DNA of 64,000 nucleotides from Escherichia phage vB_ESM-pEJ01. Below the pieces are notes generated by a model. It worked only from the letters and a program-made list of their open reading frames with translations. It made no database searches and was not told the DNA's origin. The stretch lies in the sequence record OP114734.1, one strand, 5' to 3'. Of the stretch, positions 21,750-33,718 are shown piece by piece. The position numbers were made by a program, and so were the translations under genes. The number at the start of each line of letters is the position of its first letter. The first letter of the stretch is position 1.

Positions 21750-21775
21750 TAAATACTCATAAACAAGGGGGTCAA

Positions 21776-22609
21776 ATGTTCGGTTGGCACTATAATTCGT
21801 CAATTAGACGGTATATTGTATTGCTGGGTAATTTATTCTCCGGCGTACAAATTAAAAGGGTGCGTAGTGACGGTGAGCGGTTTATTAAAGTTCCTATCAC
21901 CTACGCAAAGAAAGAAAAATTCATGATGAGTCTGGACAAATATAACAATATCTCAAGTGAGGAAGACGTAGCAAAGGTAGAAACTATTTTACCGCGTATG
22001 TGTCTTTCTTTGATTGATATGACATACGCCCAGAACTTTAAAACCAATATTGCAAATAAGACAGTACCAAAATATACGGCTGATGGAATCAGGAGCGTAA
22101 CACAATATAATCCTGTACCATATAAGTTTACTTTCGAGTTAGGGATTTATACGCGTAACGAAGATGATATGTTTCAAATAATTGAACAGATTCTTCCTTA
22201 CTTCCAGCCTCATTTTAACTGTAAGATTAAAGAACTACACGGTAATGATGTATGGATTGATCGAGATATTCAGGTCACAATTAGTTCTATTACTCCAGAT
22301 GAACAGGTAGGCGAAGATAAGTTTTCTCGTCGTCGTCTTGAGTGGACCATTATGTTCGAATTTATCGGGTTTATATATCCTCCAGCTACCGACGTTAAGG
22401 GGGAAATTAGAACGATTTATCTTGATTTTCATGCCAATTCTCGTGAATTGAATCCTAGCGGTAATTTTGAATCAGTGGATCACGAGGTCGTTAAACGTGA
22501 CGTCGAGCAAGAAGATTGGGACGGAACTATCAAAGAATCATATTCTAGTGATATTCCAATACCAGTTGCACCGACTCCACCGGGTCCACGTAGTGTAAGA
22601 GAATTTTAA
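21776..22609 (+). CDS. 15: tail sheath stabiliser / tail completion protein gp15
   Basis: start moved to ATG at 21776 (RBS AAGGGGG) giving MFGWHYNSS.RRY...FIKVPITYA, which matches the T4 gp15 N-terminus. Confidence 0.85.
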   Translation: MFGWHYNSSIRRYIVLLGNLFSGVQIKRVRSDGERFIKVPITYAKKEKFMMSLDKYNNISSEEDVAKVETILPRMCLSLIDMTYAQNFKTNIANKTVPKYTADGIRSVTQYNPVPYKFTFELGIYTRNEDDMFQIIEQILPYFQPHFNCKIKELHGNDVWIDRDIQVTISSITPDEQVGEDKFSRRRLEWTIMFEFIGFIYPPATDVKGEIRTIYLDFHANSRELNPSGNFESVDHEVVKRDVEQEDWDGTIKESYSSDIPIPVAPTPPGPRSVREF

Positions 22610-22622
22610 GAGGTAATTTATT

Positions 22623-24943
<2,321 letters not shown>

Positions 24944-24974
24944 CGATAATGCATAAAAAGATGAGGAAATTCTA

Positions 24975-26972
24975 ATGACTCTATTATCACCGGGTTTCGA
25001 AACGAAAGAAACTACTCTCTCCACTACCATTGTGCAATCTGCGACTGGTCGCGCGGCACTGGTGGGTAAATTCCAATGGGGTCCAGCTTTCCAGATTATT
25101 CAAGTAACTAATGAGGTTGAATTAGTTAATAAATTTGGTCAGCCGGATAATAACACCGCAGACTATTTCATGAGCGGGGCTAACTTCCTCCAGTATGGTA
25201 ATGACCTGCGTGTTGTTCGTGTACTGAATAAAGAAAAAGCAAAAAACGCAACTGCACTGGCTGGTAACGTCGAGTTTGAAATCACAAACGAAGGTTCAAA
25301 CTATAAGGTTGGCGATAAGATTAAAGTAAAATATCAAAATACGGAAATTGAAACTGGCGGTAAAGTTACTAAAATCAGCGCAGAAGGTAAAATTAAGGGT
25401 ATTTTTATTCCAACTGGCAAGCTGATTGCACACGCAAAAGCAATCGGGGTATATCCAAAACTGGAAGGGTACACCGTAGAAATCACTTCTGAAACAGGTA
25501 ACTCAGGCGCATCGATCACTGTATCTGGGATTGTAGTAGACTCCGGTCTTCTCTTAACGGATCTGGAAACTTCCCGTGCCAATATCACAAGTCAAACTTT
25601 CTTGACTAAACTCAAGAAATATGACATGCCAGCGGTAAGCGCGATCTATGCTGGTGAGATTGGTAACTCTCTGGAAGTTGAAATTCTGGCACGTAGTGCG
25701 TTTAAGAATACTGCACCGGATCTGACCATGTATCCTTATGGTGGCGAGCGCACCGCAGCACGCAACCTGATTCCATACGCACCGCAGAATGATAATCAAT
25801 ATGCGTTTATTGTTCGTCGCGATGGTGTTGTGGTAGAATCCTATGTACTGTCTACTCTGAAAGGGGATAAAGACGTATACGGCAATTCTATCTATATGGA
25901 CGACTTCTTTGCTCGTGGTTCTAGCCAGTACATCTATGCAACCGCTCAGGGCTGGGTAGATGGTTTCAGTGGCATTATCTCTCTTGCTGGCGGTGTTTCT
26001 GCGAACGAATCCAGCACGAGTGACCACAAAAATGATCCGTTCATCGGTGCGATGATGCAAGGTTGGGATCTGTTCGCTGAACGTGAATCTATTCACGTAA
26101 ACCTGCTGATCGCTGGCGCGTGTGCTGGTGAGAGTGACGCATTTTCTACTGTACAGAAACATGCTGTTTCTATCGGTGACGAGCGTCAGGATTGCTTAGT
26201 AATGGTTTCCCCTCCGCGTAGCACTGTTGTTAATATTCCGGTGACTACCGCAGTAGACAACCTGATCCACTGGCGAGAAGGTAGTAATAGCTACACAGAC
26301 AACAACATGAACATTAATACCACTTACGCGGTTATTGATGGTAACTACAAATATCAATATGACAAATACAACGATGTAAACCGTTGGGTTCCGTTGGCTG
26401 CTGATATTGCTGGTTTGTGTGCTCGTACTGATGCTGTATCTCAGCCGTGGATGAGTCCGGCAGGTTATAACCGTGGTCAGATTATGAATGTTGTTAAGCT
26501 GGCTATTGAGCCTCGCAAGGCGCACCGTGATCGTCTGTATCAGGCCGCAATTAACCCGGTAATCGGTGCTGGCGGTGAAGGGTTTATCCTGATGGGTGAT
26601 AAAACTGCTACGACTGTTCCTAGCCCGTTTGACCGCATTAACGTTCGTCGTTTGTTTAACATGCTGAAAAAGAATATCGGCGATTCAAGCAAATACAAAC
26701 TGTTTGAAAACAACGATAACTTTACTCGCGCTTCCTTCCGTATGGAGGTTTCGCAATATCTAAGCACGATTCGCTCTCTGGGCGGCATTTATGACTTCCG
26801 AGTACAATGCGACACCACGAACAACACGCCGGATGTAATTGATCGTAACGAATTTGTTGCTAGTATGTTCATCAAACCAGCAAAATCGATCAACTATATC
26901 ATGCTCAATTTCACTGCTGTTGCAACTGGTGCTGATTTTGACGAAATTATCGGTCCAGCTAACCAGGCATAA
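24975..26972 (+). CDS. 18: tail sheath protein gp18
   Basis: 665 aa; N-terminus MTLLSPG...; synteny 17-18-19. Confidence 0.95.
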   Translation: MTLLSPGFETKETTLSTTIVQSATGRAALVGKFQWGPAFQIIQVTNEVELVNKFGQPDNNTADYFMSGANFLQYGNDLRVVRVLNKEKAKNATALAGNVEFEITNEGSNYKVGDKIKVKYQNTEIETGGKVTKISAEGKIKGIFIPTGKLIAHAKAIGVYPKLEGYTVEITSETGNSGASITVSGIVVDSGLLLTDLETSRANITSQTFLTKLKKYDMPAVSAIYAGEIGNSLEVEILARSAFKNTAPDLTMYPYGGERTAARNLIPYAPQNDNQYAFIVRRDGVVVESYVLSTLKGDKDVYGNSIYMDDFFARGSSQYIYATAQGWVDGFSGIISLAGGVSANESSTSDHKNDPFIGAMMQGWDLFAERESIHVNLLIAGACAGESDAFSTVQKHAVSIGDERQDCLVMVSPPRSTVVNIPVTTAVDNLIHWREGSNSYTDNNMNINTTYAVIDGNYKYQYDKYNDVNRWVPLAADIAGLCARTDAVSQPWMSPAGYNRGQIMNVVKLAIEPRKAHRDRLYQAAINPVIGAGGEGFILMGDKTATTVPSPFDRINVRRLFNMLKKNIGDSSKYKLFENNDNFTRASFRMEVSQYLSTIRSLGGIYDFRVQCDTTNNTPDVIDRNEFVASMFIKPAKSINYIMLNFTAVATGADFDEIIGPANQA

Positions 26973-27006
26973 TCAGTAAATTAGCATAGTTTAAAAGTTA
27001 AATCAA

Positions 27007-27025
27007 GCGGGGAGAAGTTCCCCGC
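27007..27025 (+). repeat. 19-nt hairpin GCGGGGAGAAGTTCCCCGC upstream of gene 19 (copy 1)
   Basis: 7-bp stem and 5-nt loop; identical copy at 27553-27571. Confidence 0.5.
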
Positions 27026-27045
27026 TCTATTAAGGAATATCAATT

Positions 27046-27540
27046 ATGGCACTCGATTTGAATGATATTACACGCGGTTTCGAGTCTGGCGATTTTGCTC
27101 GTCCTAACCTGTTTGAAGTTGAGATCCCTTATTTGGGGCAAAACTTTAAGCTGATGTGTAAAGCCGCAACTGTTCCTGCTGCAACCGTAGAAAAAATTGC
27201 TGTAGGCTATCAAAACCGTAAAATTAACATCGCTGGCGACCGTGTATACGACGACTGGACCATCACTGTATTCAACGACGACGCACACAAGATCCGTGAT
27301 GCTATCGTCGCATGGAGCGATCAGACACACGGTACTGGTTCGGCGATCACTGGTGCAACTCCTGCACAATATAAGAAACAAGCTATTGTTCGTCAACTTA
27401 ACCGTAACACCGAAGCATCAAGCGAAAAAACATTGTACGGTATTTTCCCGACTAACGTTGGTGAAGTAACCCTCGATTGGGATCAAAACAACGAAGTTGA
27501 AACGTTTGAAGTTACTTTTGCTATCGATTGGGTAGAATAA
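27046..27540 (+). CDS. 19: tail tube protein gp19
   Basis: 164 aa (T4 gp19 163 aa); synteny. Confidence 0.9.
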   Translation: MALDLNDITRGFESGDFARPNLFEVEIPYLGQNFKLMCKAATVPAATVEKIAVGYQNRKINIAGDRVYDDWTITVFNDDAHKIRDAIVAWSDQTHGTGSAITGATPAQYKKQAIVRQLNRNTEASSEKTLYGIFPTNVGEVTLDWDQNNEVETFEVTFAIDWVE

Positions 27541-27552
27541 ATATATTATCAC

Positions 27553-27571
27553 GCGGGGAGAAGTTCCCCGC
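27553..27571 (+). repeat. 19-nt hairpin GCGGGGAGAAGTTCCCCGC downstream of gene 19 (copy 2)
   Basis: identical to 27007-27025. Confidence 0.5.
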
Positions 27572-27598
27572 CTAATTTCTCCCAATTCGAGGTGAATA

Positions 27599-29164
27599 AT
27601 GTTTAGTAGATTAAAAATGCTTGCGCGTTGGGCTGATTTTGACAACGACAAATACGAAGAACAAATTAAAGATAAAGCAGAGTCTATCGCCGCACCTAAA
27701 AATAATGATGGTGCTACGGAAGTAGAAATTAATGATAATTCTCCGGCTAGCGCATGGAACTCTCTTACCCAGCAATTTTACAGCACCGACCAGAAAATCA
27801 GCACAACTAAGCAATTAGTTAACACATATCGCGGTTTGATGAATAACCATGAAGTCGAAAACGCTGTACAAAATATCGTTAACGATGCGATTGTATTTGA
27901 AGACGGTCACGATGTGGTTTCATTAAATCTTGAGGCGACTGGTTTTAGTGAATCTGTAAAAGAGCGCATTCATGAAGAATTTAAAGATCTTTTAAACACT
28001 ATCCAGTTTGAGAAACGCGGTCAGGATATGTTCCGTCGCTGGTATGTCGATTCGCGTATTTTCTTCCATAAAATCATCGGTAAAAATCCAAAAGATGGTA
28101 TCGTAGAATTACGCCAACTTGATCCGCGAAATCTTGAATATGTTCGCGAGATCATTACAGAAGACACACCGGAAGGTAAAATTTATAAAGCAACGAAAGA
28201 ATATTTCATTTACACTGTAGGCAATAGCTCTTATTGCGCAGGTGGTCAAGTATTCTCTCCTAATAGTCGCGTTAAAATCCCGCGTAGTGCCATTACATAC
28301 GCTCATAGCGGCTTGATGGATTGCGATGATAAATATATCATTGGTTATTTGCATCGGGCTGTTAAGCCAGCAAACCAGCTTAAATTGTTGGAAGACGCAA
28401 TGGTCGTTTATCGTATCACGCGTGCACCGGAACGCCGAGTGTTCTTTATTGATACCGGAAACATGAACAACCGCAAGGCTGCACAGCACATGAACTCAGT
28501 GGCACAGTCTTTTAAAAACCGCGTTGTTTATGATGCATCGACTGGTAAACTTAAAAACCAGCAAGCAAACCTATCAATGACAGAGGACTACTGGTTACAG
28601 CGTCGAGATGGTAAAGCAATCACCGATGTTACTACTTTACCCGGTGCATCTGGTATGAGTGATATCGATGATATTCGCTACTTTAACCGTAAATTGTATG
28701 AAGCGTTGCGTGTACCATTGTCCCGTAGTAATCTCTCTGATGCTAATATGGTTATTGGTGGTGATGGTTCAGAAATTACGCGCGATGAGTTGGAATTTTC
28801 GAAATTCATTAGAACTCTGCAAACACAGTTTTCGGAAGTATTGCGCGATCCACTTAAATATAATCTGATTCTTAAAAATGTAATTACGGAAGACGATTGG
28901 GATCGTGAAATAAATAATATCAAGGTGGTTTTCCATCGGGACTCTTATTATACAGAAGTTAAAGACGCGGAAATTTTAGAACGTCGAATCGGTCTAATCG
29001 AACGTATCGCCCCTTACATTGGTAAGTATTTCTCTAACCAGACAGTGATGCGTGACATTCTGAAATATACCGATGACCAGATGGACACCGAGAAGAAACA
29101 GATCGAAGAAGAAGCGAACGATCCGCGCTTTAAACAAACTCCCGATGAAATAGAGGATTTTTAA
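27599..29164 (+). CDS. 20: portal vertex protein gp20
   Basis: 521 aa (T4 gp20 about 524 aa); synteny 19-20-67-68-21-22-23. Confidence 0.95.
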   Translation: MFSRLKMLARWADFDNDKYEEQIKDKAESIAAPKNNDGATEVEINDNSPASAWNSLTQQFYSTDQKISTTKQLVNTYRGLMNNHEVENAVQNIVNDAIVFEDGHDVVSLNLEATGFSESVKERIHEEFKDLLNTIQFEKRGQDMFRRWYVDSRIFFHKIIGKNPKDGIVELRQLDPRNLEYVREIITEDTPEGKIYKATKEYFIYTVGNSSYCAGGQVFSPNSRVKIPRSAITYAHSGLMDCDDKYIIGYLHRAVKPANQLKLLEDAMVVYRITRAPERRVFFIDTGNMNNRKAAQHMNSVAQSFKNRVVYDASTGKLKNQQANLSMTEDYWLQRRDGKAITDVTTLPGASGMSDIDDIRYFNRKLYEALRVPLSRSNLSDANMVIGGDGSEITRDELEFSKFIRTLQTQFSEVLRDPLKYNLILKNVITEDDWDREINNIKVVFHRDSYYTEVKDAEILERRIGLIERIAPYIGKYFSNQTVMRDILKYTDDQMDTEKKQIEEEANDPRFKQTPDEIEDF

Positions 29165-29383
29165 ATGAAACAATTTATCGAAGCAATTAAAACTCGCGAT
29201 CTAACGCTGATCGAAAAAGAATTTGATAAGATCATGGAGGCTAAAAAAGCCCAGATCATCGAATCCCAGCGTGTCGAAATCGCATCCAGTGTCATGATCG
29301 AAGGTGAAGAAGAACAAGACCGCGATGATGAGGACAACGAAGATCGCAAAGACGATAAAAAAGACAAAGAAGACGACGAATAA
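29165..29383 (+). CDS. 67: prohead core protein gp67
   Basis: 72 aa with highly acidic C-terminus; synteny after gene 20. Confidence 0.7.
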   Translation: MKQFIEAIKTRDLTLIEKEFDKIMEAKKAQIIESQRVEIASSVMIEGEEEQDRDDEDNEDRKDDKKDKEDDE

Positions 29384-29395
29384 TAGGAAGCCAAC

Positions 29396-29803
29396 ATGAT
29401 TAAAGATTTTACTCCTAAAGCTGACTTGGAAACTTTTCTGCCGGAAGCACAGGAAAAATTGGACATGTTGGCTATGTTTGAGTCAGAAGAACTATTGAAA
29501 ATCGTTGAAGGTATCGCCGAAGATGAGCCGGAATTGGCTGTAGCAATGCTGTCTATCATCGACGGAATCACTGTAAACGAGGCAATGGTTAAACATGTAA
29601 ACGCACGCGGGGAAGTTGCACGTAAGAAAGATCGCAAAACCCGTGAGCGTAATGCTTACATGACTACTGGCCTAAGCAAAGCTAAACGCCGTCAAATTGC
29701 CCGTCGTGCTGCAAAAACCAAACGTGCAAATCCATCTATCGAACGTCATGCGGAACGTAAGCGCAAAAAAGCAATGCGTAAACGTAAGGCGTTAGGATTA
29801 TAA
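29396..29803 (+). CDS. 68: prohead core protein gp68
   Basis: 135 aa, basic C-terminus; synteny. Confidence 0.7.
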   Translation: MIKDFTPKADLETFLPEAQEKLDMLAMFESEELLKIVEGIAEDEPELAVAMLSIIDGITVNEAMVKHVNARGEVARKKDRKTRERNAYMTTGLSKAKRRQIARRAAKTKRANPSIERHAERKRKKAMRKRKALGL

Positions 29804-29814
29804 CAGGAAACAAC

Positions 29815-30510
29815 ATGGAAAAGAACGAATTACTGATCGAACAATGGGGCGTTCCTTGTGCTCGCGGTAGTTCGTCATTGCTTGAATCATTTGATGATAA
29901 GGCTACAGGAAATCTCTATATTCAAGGGATTTTCCTGCAAGCCGAAACAGTAAACCGTAATAAACGCTGGTATCCTCGCAGCGTTCTAGAAAATGCGGTT
30001 ACTAAATACATACATGAACAAGTTGAGACACATCAAGCTCTAGGCGAACTTAATCACCCAGCAAGAGCAATGCCAGATCCATCGAATGCTTGCATCATAA
30101 TTGAAAAATTGTGGTGGGAAGGTAATAACGTGATGGGTAAAGCCCGTGTTATTGAAGGGGATAAAGGCGCAGGTGATAAACTTGCCGCACTGATTCGCGC
30201 TGGCTGGATTCCTGGCGTTTCATCCCGTGGATTGGGTCGGTTGAAAGACTCTGGACGCGGATACAATATTGTACAGGAAGGGTTTGTGTTGACGGTTGGT
30301 GTTGATGTTGTATGGGGTCCGAGCGCACCAGATGCGTGGGTAACTCCGGTGGTTGAGTCAACGGATAGCGATTCTAGCGCGTCAGACGCACCAGAAAGCG
30401 TTAAAACCGAAAAAGTGACTAACCCTACAGCCCCACAACAAAACATCGTAGAATCGAATAATAGCGCGTTTATGGCGCTCGCAGAAGCGTTATCTAAACG
30501 CTATAAATAA
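29815..30510 (+). CDS. 21: prohead core protease gp21
   Basis: 231 aa; synteny before scaffold gene 22. Confidence 0.85.
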   Translation: MEKNELLIEQWGVPCARGSSSLLESFDDKATGNLYIQGIFLQAETVNRNKRWYPRSVLENAVTKYIHEQVETHQALGELNHPARAMPDPSNACIIIEKLWWEGNNVMGKARVIEGDKGAGDKLAALIRAGWIPGVSSRGLGRLKDSGRGYNIVQEGFVLTVGVDVVWGPSAPDAWVTPVVESTDSDSSASDAPESVKTEKVTNPTAPQQNIVESNNSAFMALAEALSKRYK

Positions 30511-30541
30511 TAACGTCGTTATCAACAAGAAGGTTATAACC

Positions 30542-31336
30542 ATGCTTAAAGAAATGCTGCTCGAAGAAGCAAAACAGATCACCGTAGACGTTGCTCTCGA
30601 TGACCTGTTTGAATCCGTCGAACTGTCGCCGGAAGTAAAAGAAAATTTTGGTACTATCTACGCTCAAGCGGTAAAAGCTAATGCTGTTGCACTGGCAGAA
30701 AGCCACATTGAAAAAATCGCCGCTAAAGCCGATGAACTGGTAGAATCAAAGGTCGAAGAAGCACGCACCGAGATTGAAACCAAACTGTACGAAGATGCAG
30801 ATAAATTCCTGAATCACTTAGGCGCTAAATGGCTGGCAGAAAATAAAGAAGCCGTCACCCGTAATATTAAAGCGGATCTGTGCGAATCCCTGATTGGTTC
30901 TCTGAAAGATGTTTTCGTTACTCACAATGTTGTAGTACCGGAAGAATCTGTAGACGTTGTTGCTGAACTGGACGAAGCACTCAAAGAAGAAAAAGAAAAA
31001 ACTTCTGAACTCTTTGATGCCAAACTGCAACTTGAAAGCGAAATTCGTGGCATGAAGCGCGAACAAGCGATCAATGAAAGCACGCGTGATCTTTCCGATA
31101 CTCAGAAAGAAAAAGTAACCGCGCTGATTGAAGGTCTGGAATATAGCGAAACTTTCGATAAGAAATTAACTGCAATTGTCGAAATGGTTGCTAAGAAAGA
31201 AGACAAACCAGCGAAGATTGAAGAATCACTAAATACTGATGCCGACAAGCTGAATGTTATTGCAGAAGCTGTCGAAGAATCAGAGAAAAAAGCAACTGTA
31301 GATTCCGGCGTATCTCGCTACCTGAATTTCATCTAA
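30542..31336 (+). CDS. 22: prohead core scaffold protein gp22
   Basis: 264 aa, acidic alpha-helical composition; synteny. Confidence 0.85.
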   Translation: MLKEMLLEEAKQITVDVALDDLFESVELSPEVKENFGTIYAQAVKANAVALAESHIEKIAAKADELVESKVEEARTEIETKLYEDADKFLNHLGAKWLAENKEAVTRNIKADLCESLIGSLKDVFVTHNVVVPEESVDVVAELDEALKEEKEKTSELFDAKLQLESEIRGMKREQAINESTRDLSDTQKEKVTALIEGLEYSETFDKKLTAIVEMVAKKEDKPAKIEESLNTDADKLNVIAEAVEESEKKATVDSGVSRYLNFI

Positions 31337-31354
31337 TGTAATTCAAATCTACTT

Positions 31355-31362
31355 TATAAATA
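31355..31362 (+). promoter_or_regulatory. T4-type late promoter TATAAATA upstream of gene 23
   Basis: exact TATAAATA about 34 nt upstream of the gene 23 ATG. Confidence 0.6.
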
Positions 31363-31395
31363 CTTTAGGTTAACAACAAACAAGGTTTAAAGAAC

Positions 31396-32982
31396 ATGAA
31401 AACTACCAAAGAACTGATGGAAAAATGGTCCCCACTGCTGGAAAACGAAAAACTGCCGGAAATCGCAACTGCGTCTAAGCAGAAACTGGTTGCTAAAATT
31501 CTGGAATCTCAGGAAGCGGATTTTGCTGTAGACCCGATCTATAAAGATGAAAAAGTTGTTGAAGCATTTGGTGGCTTTATCGCAGAAGCAGAAGTTGCTG
31601 GCGACCACGGTTACGATGCAAATAAAATCGCCGCAGGTCAAACTACTGGTGCAATCACCAACGTAGGTCCGGCTGTTATCGGTATGGTTCGCCGTGCTAT
31701 TCCTAACCTGATCGCATTTGATATCTGTGGCGTTCAGCCGATGAGCACCCCGACTAGCCAGATTTTTGCAATCCGTTCTGTATACGGTGCTGATCCGCTG
31801 AAATCCGGTGCTCGCGAAGCATTCCATCCGATGTTTGCACCTGATGTATTCCATAGCTCTCTTGCTGCTAAAGATGCTACCGCACAGTCTCCGCTGGGTA
31901 CTGCGTTCCAGAAACTAACTATGTCCAATGCTATCAATGTTGGTGATATTGTTTATCACGTATTCGCAGAAACTGGTATTGCTTATCTGCAAAACGTTTC
32001 CAGTGCACAGGTTACTCCGGCGAAAGTAGGTCAGGAATCCGAAGATGAAGTTGTAACCAAACTGATCGAAGAAGGCAAACTGGCAGAAATCGCGCATGGC
32101 ATGGCTACTTCCATTGCAGAAATTCAGGAAGGCTTTAACGGTTCCAGCAATAACCCGTGGTCTGAAATGTCAATGCGTATCGACAAACAGGTTGTTGAAG
32201 CGAAATCTCGCCAACTGAAAGCTCGTTACTCTATCGAAGTTGCGCAGGATCTGCGTGCTGTACACGGTATGGACGCTGACGCTGAACTGAATGCTATTTT
32301 GGCTAACGAAGTTCTGTTGGAAATCAACCGTGAAATCGTTGATGTAATCAACTTTACCGCTCAGGTTGGTAAAACTGGTATGACTCAGACCGTTGGTTCT
32401 AAAGCTGGTGTATTTGACCTGCAAGACCCGATCGATACTCGCGGTGCTCGTTGGGCTGGTGAATCCTTCAAATCTCTGATCTACCAGATCGACAAAGAAG
32501 CTGCTGAAATCGCTCGTCAGACTGGTCGCGGTGCTGGTAACTTTGTTATCGCTTCCCGTAACGTTGTAAACATTCTGGCTTCTGCTGATCAGGGTATCAG
32601 TCTTGCTATGCAGGGTGCTGCAAAAGGTCTGAATACCGACACCACTAAAGCTGTTTTCGCTGGTGTTCTGGCTGGTAAGTACAAAGTGTTCATCGACCAG
32701 TATGCTCGTCAAGACTACTTCACCGTAGGTTACAAAGGCGACAACGAAATGGATGCTGGTATCTACTATGCTCCGTATGTTGCTCTGACTCCGCTGCGTG
32801 CAACTGACCCGCAGTCTTTCCACCCGGTTCTGGGCTTCAAGACTCGCTATGGCATCGGTATTAACCCGTTTGCAGACAGCAAATCCCAGGCACCGTCCGC
32901 TCGCATCACCTCCGGTATGTTGAGCAAAGACAGCGTAGGTAAAAACGCATACTTCCGTCGTGTATGGGTTAAAGGTTGCTAA
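31396..32982 (+). CDS. 23: major capsid protein gp23
   Basis: 528 aa; strong codon bias typical of a highly expressed gene; paralogous to downstream gp24 (shared ELMQDLEA and SANPY motifs). Confidence 0.97.
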   Translation: MKTTKELMEKWSPLLENEKLPEIATASKQKLVAKILESQEADFAVDPIYKDEKVVEAFGGFIAEAEVAGDHGYDANKIAAGQTTGAITNVGPAVIGMVRRAIPNLIAFDICGVQPMSTPTSQIFAIRSVYGADPLKSGAREAFHPMFAPDVFHSSLAAKDATAQSPLGTAFQKLTMSNAINVGDIVYHVFAETGIAYLQNVSSAQVTPAKVGQESEDEVVTKLIEEGKLAEIAHGMATSIAEIQEGFNGSSNNPWSEMSMRIDKQVVEAKSRQLKARYSIEVAQDLRAVHGMDADAELNAILANEVLLEINREIVDVINFTAQVGKTGMTQTVGSKAGVFDLQDPIDTRGARWAGESFKSLIYQIDKEAAEIARQTGRGAGNFVIASRNVVNILASADQGISLAMQGAAKGLNTDTTKAVFAGVLAGKYKVFIDQYARQDYFTVGYKGDNEMDAGIYYAPYVALTPLRATDPQSFHPVLGFKTRYGIGINPFADSKSQAPSARITSGMLSKDSVGKNAYFRRVWVKGC

Positions 32983-33067
32983 TATAAGCCATTCCTGAAA
33001 AACTCCGGTCGGGTGCAATACCCGACCTATCATAAACCTTATGACAGTGTAAAGTGTTAATTCCAAA

Positions 33068-33096
33068 GGGAAGACTCGAAAGGGTCTTCCCTTTTT
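33068..33096 (+). terminator. intrinsic terminator after gene 23
   Basis: hairpin GGGAAGAC...GTCTTCCC followed by TTTTT. Confidence 0.7.
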
Positions 33097-33112
33097 GCGT
33101 ATTATATCCCGT

Positions 33113-33120
33113 TATAAATA
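33113..33120 (+). promoter_or_regulatory. late-promoter-like TATAAATA in the 23-24 intergenic region
   Basis: exact TATAAATA just after the gene 23 terminator; target unclear. Confidence 0.45.
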
Positions 33121-33481
33121 AGGTTGCAAGCCTATATTCTATTGGGAGCGAAAATAGATACACACAACAAAGACAGGAAGATGCAGAACATCGGTGGGTT
33201 GCTAGCCTAAATCCGGTGGCTATGATATGTGATTTCTTTTGATGCTGGATTTATTAAAACACAACAAACAATTCCACCAATTTTCGTAGTAACTGCATGG
33301 CAAAGGGACCAATGAATGAAATGAGCGTTCATGTTGATATTGGGTCGGATAGATTTGGTAGATATACAGATCTGGTGTATGCCGACCTTGTTATGACATT
33401 CCAGTGTGACGCTAGCGGTAATTTTTGGTTTTGGTACGCTGTTCCCCGAATTAACCCAAAATTCTCCATAAGGAGGAATGC

Positions 33482-33634
33482 ATGAGTAAGAAAGAAAACA
33501 GCTATGTTATGACTCGTAAGGAATACAACGAATTGATGTTAGCATTAGCTTATGCAATTATTCGTTCTGATCATGCAATTAATCTGGTAAACAAAGTTAA
33601 CCGTAGCGTTGATAATGTTTCTAGGAAGAAGTAA
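33482..33634 (+). CDS. possible small protein (50 aa)
   Basis: ATG preceded by strong RBS AAGGAGG; lies in the 23-24 intergenic region. Confidence 0.35.
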   Translation: MSKKENSYVMTRKEYNELMLALAYAIIRSDHAINLVNKVNRSVDNVSRKK

Positions 33635-33673
33635 GTTTATTTTTGGAATCCTTTGGATTCCTTTTTCTTTTTG

Positions 33674-33681
33674 TATAAATA
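33674..33681 (+). promoter_or_regulatory. T4-type late promoter TATAAATA upstream of gene 24
   Basis: exact TATAAATA about 38 nt upstream of the proposed gene 24 ATG. Confidence 0.55.
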
Positions 33682-33718
33682 TGATATATCCATTAAGGCA
33701 AATACAGGATTCATAAAC

